This document shows, piece by piece, positions 59,938 through 64,000 of a stretch of DNA of 64,000 bases; position 1 is the first letter of the stretch; each line of letters begins with the position of its first letter. The notes beneath the pieces were generated by a model. The model made no database searches and was not told where the DNA came from. It worked only from the letters and a program-made list of their open reading frames with translations. Origin of the DNA: Chlamydiota bacterium (GTDB lineage Bacteria; Chlamydiota; Chlamydiia; Chlamydiales; RGXB01); contig CANLTW010000005.1 of assembly GCA_947494155.1 (NCBI GenBank), forward strand, positions 16,793 through 80,792. The letters are read 5' to 3'. The position numbers and the translations under genes are program-made.

Positions 59938-60887
59938 TAGTGGGCCCTTATAATAAATTTACACCCTTTTTTGAGGGCATCGATATAGGAGTTATTATTG
60001 TTCGTGCAAGTGATCATGAGACTTTTTTTGATTTTTGGAAGAACACCATTTTTCAAAAGGACACTTGTTATCACGTACTCCTCAGGATTGACCGATAAAA
60101 AAGGGACTCCCAGTTCTACTAGGTGCCTATAATCTTGGAGTATCTTTGTTGTCCGTGAATCCAAGGCGGACATCCCCATAATCCAACCGGCAACTTTACG
60201 CTCTTTTGTTATATCTTTACCCGTATACTCTTGAATGATTTGGCTCGCCTGCGGAAGAATTCCAAAAGGATTTGGCTTTCCCCAGTCAAATAAAAAACCC
60301 TCTTTTTTGATTTCGTCAAAAAGATCGTCAATTGAACCCAAAGGCCACGATGCCGAATCAAGCCACAGTACCTGTTCAAACCCTTTTTGAAAAGCCTCTT
60401 GGATCATGAAGAGCTTAAATGCGTAGGGCACTCCGGCAAATTTAAGCTCGTCTCCCTGTGGAGAGGGGTAACCCCCAATCCGATAATAGATACCTCCTTG
60501 AAAACCCACCTCCCTTAAGCCGATCTGAAGCTCCTCAATCATGTCCGGGTAGGGGCCATTGCAAGAGCTGAAAAGAACCACGCATCTTTTTTTATCCATC
60601 CCTTCCGAAAATACCGTTATGGGCTCAACACAAAAAAGCACCTGTTGTAAGCATCTTGAACAGCGCAAAATGAAATCATCTCTATCATAATGGTGCTTGG
60701 TCAAAAGCCTCCCCTCTTTTTCCCACTCCAAAGGATAGAATTTGTGGATAGTCTCCTCGATGTTTATCCTTCTCAAGGCTTGCTGAGCTCTTGAGAGATC
60801 CTCTTTTGTCGGATTGGGGGTCAGGGGGATATCGATTGCAAAAGGGTTACTAAAAAACAAAGATGCAAAACAAAAAAAAGCTAGCAT
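59937..60887 (-). CDS. Exported putative glycosyltransferase-fold protein, array member 4
   Basis: VPYAFKLF, WLDSA, PEE, terminal FIIRAH. Confidence 0.65.
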   Translation of the reverse strand: MLAFFCFASLFFSNPFAIDIPLTPNPTKEDLSRAQQALRRINIEETIHKFYPLEWEKEGRLLTKHHYDRDDFILRCSRCLQQVLFCVEPITVFSEGMDKKRCVVLFSSCNGPYPDMIEELQIGLREVGFQGGIYYRIGGYPSPQGDELKFAGVPYAFKLFMIQEAFQKGFEQVLWLDSASWPLGSIDDLFDEIKKEGFLFDWGKPNPFGILPQASQIIQEYTGKDITKERKVAGWIMGMSALDSRTTKILQDYRHLVELGVPFLSVNPEEYVITSVLLKNGVLPKIKKSLMITCTNNNNSYIDALKKGCKFIIRAH

Positions 60888-60898
60888 AAGTCCTCACA

Positions 60899-61852
60899 TT
60901 AATGGGAACGAATTAAAAAACGGACCCCTTTTTCTCTCCCCTCCATCAAACGCGCATCATGATATTTTCCCGCGATCATAAGATTTTGATGGGTGGGTAA
61001 ACAGGGTGCATGCTTAGCAATTAAAGCAGTTAGAACCGATTCTTCGGGTGTAATAGATATAAAAGGGGTCCCCTGTCGCACCATTTTATAGTAATCTTGG
61101 AAAATTCTTTTTACGAAGGGGGCCTGCATATCAAATCCAATCAACCAGCCGGCCACATGTGGGGCTTTTGAAAAATCCATACCAAAGGTTTTTTCAAGGA
61201 TGGCTCTTGTTTGCGGAATCAACACCTGCGTATTAGCCCTACCCGATTCGACAATCAGCCCCTCTTTTTCGATCCTTTCAAAACAGTAGTCTAGCGGTTT
61301 TAAAGGCCAGGCAGAGCAGTCCAGCCAAAGAACATGCGGATATCCTAATTGGTGCGCTTCATATAACATAAACATTTTCATCGCATAGGGCACAGCAGCA
61401 AATCGGATCTCTTCTCCTGTCGGATTGGGATATCCCCCTAAGCGATAATAGATACCCCCTTTGTAACCAATTTCACGCAAACCCTGTACTAGTTCCAAAA
61501 GAAGTTTAGGATAACTTTTGTCGTATGAACAGCCCAAAACGATGCATCTACAGTCGGAAAAATCCCCGCGTAAATGGACGACTTGCGGAAAAAGATTTTT
61601 CTCTTTGACTATCATCGTCTGCTTGGTAAAGGAGGAGATGCGCCTCAGAAGGTCGTTTTTGGAGTATGGGTAACCACTTGGATAGATCGACTCAACAAGC
61701 TCCTCCAGGTTTTTTTCCCTAATTTGATTTTGAACGTACTCGTAATCATCGTGTGTTAGTTCCTTTTTTTGGGGAAAATCTATCTCGAAGGGGTTCCAAG
61801 CCTCCCCCCACAAAGCATGAAAAAAAAGGGTGATTAAAAGCGTCTTTTTCAT
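60899..61852 (-). CDS. Exported putative glycosyltransferase-fold protein, array member 3
   Basis: MKKTLLITLFFHALWG signal; VPYAMKMF, WLDCS, PEE, terminal FLIRSH. Confidence 0.65.
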   Translation of the reverse strand: MKKTLLITLFFHALWGEAWNPFEIDFPQKKELTHDDYEYVQNQIREKNLEELVESIYPSGYPYSKNDLLRRISSFTKQTMIVKEKNLFPQVVHLRGDFSDCRCIVLGCSYDKSYPKLLLELVQGLREIGYKGGIYYRLGGYPNPTGEEIRFAAVPYAMKMFMLYEAHQLGYPHVLWLDCSAWPLKPLDYCFERIEKEGLIVESGRANTQVLIPQTRAILEKTFGMDFSKAPHVAGWLIGFDMQAPFVKRIFQDYYKMVRQGTPFISITPEESVLTALIAKHAPCLPTHQNLMIAGKYHDARLMEGREKGVRFLIRSH

Positions 61853-61875
61853 TTATCTATAGCTGTTTTAGGTTT

Positions 61876-62838
61876 CTAATGCTTACGGAGGAAAAAAAAG
61901 TACCCCTGTTTTTTTGCATCCACAAATAATTTATTATCCTCGCTTGAGGGGAGAATCATTTTCTCCAGTTTGGGCGGAATATGGTTTCTATATTTGTACG
62001 CTAGACTCGAAATTACATGCTCTTCAGGATAACAGGAGATAAAGGGTGTCCCCAAACGGACCATTTTGTAATAGTCTTCAATAAAGTCCTGCACCCAAGG
62101 CAAATCCATTTTCAATCCAAATACCTGCATACTCACATGTGCAAAAAAACTGGGCTGATAGCCAGTTAATTCGTGCAACATTTTTTGGGTTTTGGGGAGA
62201 AGTGCATTTTTTCGAAATTTTTTCCAGCTAAAAACAGCGCCATCCTCCCGAATTTTTTGAAATATCAGCTCCAGATTTTGCAAAGGATACACTGAAGCAT
62301 CCAACCAAAGGACATTTTTATAGCCCAGATTATAGGCTTCAATCATTGTGAAAATTTTGAAAGAATAGGGGACCGCTACATATCTCACCTCTTCCCCGGT
62401 CGGATTGGGAAACCCCCCTATGCGATAGTAGATAGCCCCCCTAAAACCAATCTCCTTTAAAGCCTCAATCAGGCTCAATAGCAAAGCCTCATATTTGGGA
62501 TGAATAGGGCAGCTTAAAACCACACAATCATCTCCACCTCCATTCACCTCAATAAGCTCTTTTTTGGGCATATGCCCTAAAGAGCGGTCCACAAGGGTTT
62601 GTCTGGCCCCACGCATCGACCTGCGATAAAAATCCTCTTTGTCGTTGAATCTAGTCCCCAAAAGTGTTTGCGCAGGATAGATTTTTTCAAGCTCCTCGCG
62701 GATGTCTATCTTGGACATGGCCCGTTGTAGCTCTTCTAAAAACTCCACATCTTGATCCGGGCAACAGGGTATATCGACTAGAAAAGGGTTGGCTCTTAAA
62801 ACAACGCTAATAAAAAAAAGACCTTTCCACATAAACAC
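61876..62838 (-). CDS. Exported putative glycosyltransferase-fold protein, array member 2
   Basis: VPYSFKIF, WLDAS, PEE, terminal FFLRKH. Confidence 0.65.
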   Translation of the reverse strand: MFMWKGLFFISVVLRANPFLVDIPCCPDQDVEFLEELQRAMSKIDIREELEKIYPAQTLLGTRFNDKEDFYRRSMRGARQTLVDRSLGHMPKKELIEVNGGGDDCVVLSCPIHPKYEALLLSLIEALKEIGFRGAIYYRIGGFPNPTGEEVRYVAVPYSFKIFTMIEAYNLGYKNVLWLDASVYPLQNLELIFQKIREDGAVFSWKKFRKNALLPKTQKMLHELTGYQPSFFAHVSMQVFGLKMDLPWVQDFIEDYYKMVRLGTPFISCYPEEHVISSLAYKYRNHIPPKLEKMILPSSEDNKLFVDAKKQGYFFFLRKH

Positions 62839-62841
62839 CTT

Positions 62842-63834
62842 TTAATGTCCCCTCACCACAAACATATACCCCTCCTCTTTAGCTCTCCAAAAATTCTCAG
62901 AATCCCCATCATGAGTTTTTACCACTTTCCCGTAGCCCTGCTTTGGAACTAGCGTCGGATCCTGCAAAGCGGGAAAATGCTGCGCGTATTTTTTCACCAG
63001 GCCGGACAAAACATACTCCTCGGGAAAGCAGGAGATAAAAGGGAAACCCAAACGCACCATCTCGGTATAGTCTCGAAAAAATTTTTTCGCCCAAGGTGCC
63101 CCCGCGTCCAGCCCAAAAACCCACATCCTAACGTGAGGGCTTTCGGTTAAATCGACCCCTGTAAGGGTTTCAATACTTAAAAGAGTAGAAGGCAAGATAG
63201 AACTTCTAGGGTGACTACGATGCAGTAAAAAAGAGCCCTCTTTTTCAATCCTCTCGAAAAGAGGTAGAGGATCTTTGAATGGAAATAGGGCGCTATCTAA
63301 CCAAATAATCTTATCAAAACCTAGGTTGTGGGCCTCCATCATCATAAAGATCTTAAATGCATAGGGAACACCCGCCCACTTTGCCTCATGCCCGGTGGGA
63401 TTCGGTACGCCTCCAATTCTGTAATATATGTGGCCATCAAAACCAATCTCTTTAAGCCCCTCGATCAAACTCTGTAAAAGGGGGGGGTACTTATTTCCCA
63501 ATGGGCAGCTCACAACAAAGCAGTGTTTACCCCCTTTGTTGATCTTCACGAGGTTTGTTTCGGGATATTGACCCCTTAGAGGGTCTATAAGGACCTGCTG
63601 CATACAGCGGTTTATTCTCCCCTCAAATTCCCCTAAAGGCTTGAGCTCGAAAAAAACACCTATTTTCTGCATATAAAGCTTTTCAAGTGTGCTGTTTACA
63701 TCCTGTTTGCGTAAAAGTGATTGAATGTGAGAGACATCCTCTCTAGTGAGGTTCTGTTTGTCCTCAAAAGGGATCACAAACGGATTTGTTAAGAGGGTTA
63801 AAAATACTGAAAGCAGGAGGGGGCAAAAGGGCAT
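62842..63834 (-). CDS. Exported putative glycosyltransferase-fold protein, array member 1 (likely start at ATG 63834)
   Basis: MPFCPLLLSVFLTLLTNPF matches the paralog N-termini; VPYAFKIF, WLDSA, PEE, terminal FVVRGH. Confidence 0.65.
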   Translation of the reverse strand: MPFCPLLLSVFLTLLTNPFVIPFEDKQNLTREDVSHIQSLLRKQDVNSTLEKLYMQKIGVFFELKPLGEFEGRINRCMQQVLIDPLRGQYPETNLVKINKGGKHCFVVSCPLGNKYPPLLQSLIEGLKEIGFDGHIYYRIGGVPNPTGHEAKWAGVPYAFKIFMMMEAHNLGFDKIIWLDSALFPFKDPLPLFERIEKEGSFLLHRSHPRSSILPSTLLSIETLTGVDLTESPHVRMWVFGLDAGAPWAKKFFRDYTEMVRLGFPFISCFPEEYVLSGLVKKYAQHFPALQDPTLVPKQGYGKVVKTHDGDSENFWRAKEEGYMFVVRGH

Positions 63835-63879
63835 AAAACAGAAGGTAAGGGGTTTTTTAGAATTAGGATATCTTTGTAA

Positions 63880-64000
63880 ACAATTGAAATTCAACCAGAA
63901 GAAGCGTATGGTGAAGTTAATCCACAACTTACTCAAGAAGTTACTTTGGATAAGGTTCCTGATAATGTGAAAGTTGGGGATATGTTACAAGGACAAAATC
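63880..64000 (+). pseudogene. slyD: Internal fragment of an SlyD/FKBP-type PPIase gene, lacking its 5' part
   Basis: Translated by hand: TIEIQPEEAYGEVNPQLTQEVTLDKVPDNVKVGDMLQGQN; in-frame TAA at 63877-63879 and no start codon. Confidence 0.7.

Noticed and set aside
63835..63936. 34-aa N-terminal extension of the first array gene
   Set aside because: It has no counterpart in the four paralogs and crosses into the slyD-like fragment
556..63970. Numerous 60-160 aa antisense or alternate-frame ORFs in the track (e.g. 18101-18553, 27502-27978, 30860-31633)
   Set aside because: They are shadows of well-supported genes and carry no recognisable motifs

Overview
This window looks like the chromosome of an environmental (non-Chlamydiaceae) member of Chlamydiota. 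That call is an inference from the chlamydial gene order rpmE-prfA-prmC-ffh-rpsP-trmD-rplS-rnhB-gmk-rpoZ-metG (no rimM), the copN-scc1-malQ cluster and yhhQ-tgt. Housekeeping genes dominate. The accessory parts are: a eukaryote-like 7-dehydrocholesterol reductase; an actinobacterial-looking alanine racemase inserted between ffh and rpsP; a 61-bp intergenic tandem repeat; tadA coupled to a catalytically dead TadA-like paralog; an orphan NHLP-type three-gene exporter with an asymmetric ATPase; a citrate-synthase pseudoenzyme; a cassette of four putative effectors with a single hydrophobic anchor near the C-terminus (one carrying IQ and 14-3-3/Akt-like motifs); a photolyase; and five tandem exported GT-A-like paralogs ending in an invariant FxxRxH. 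The window ends in an abrupt slyD-like gene fragment. I found no tRNA, rRNA, CRISPR array or transposase. All product calls come from recognising motifs by eye, not from database searches.
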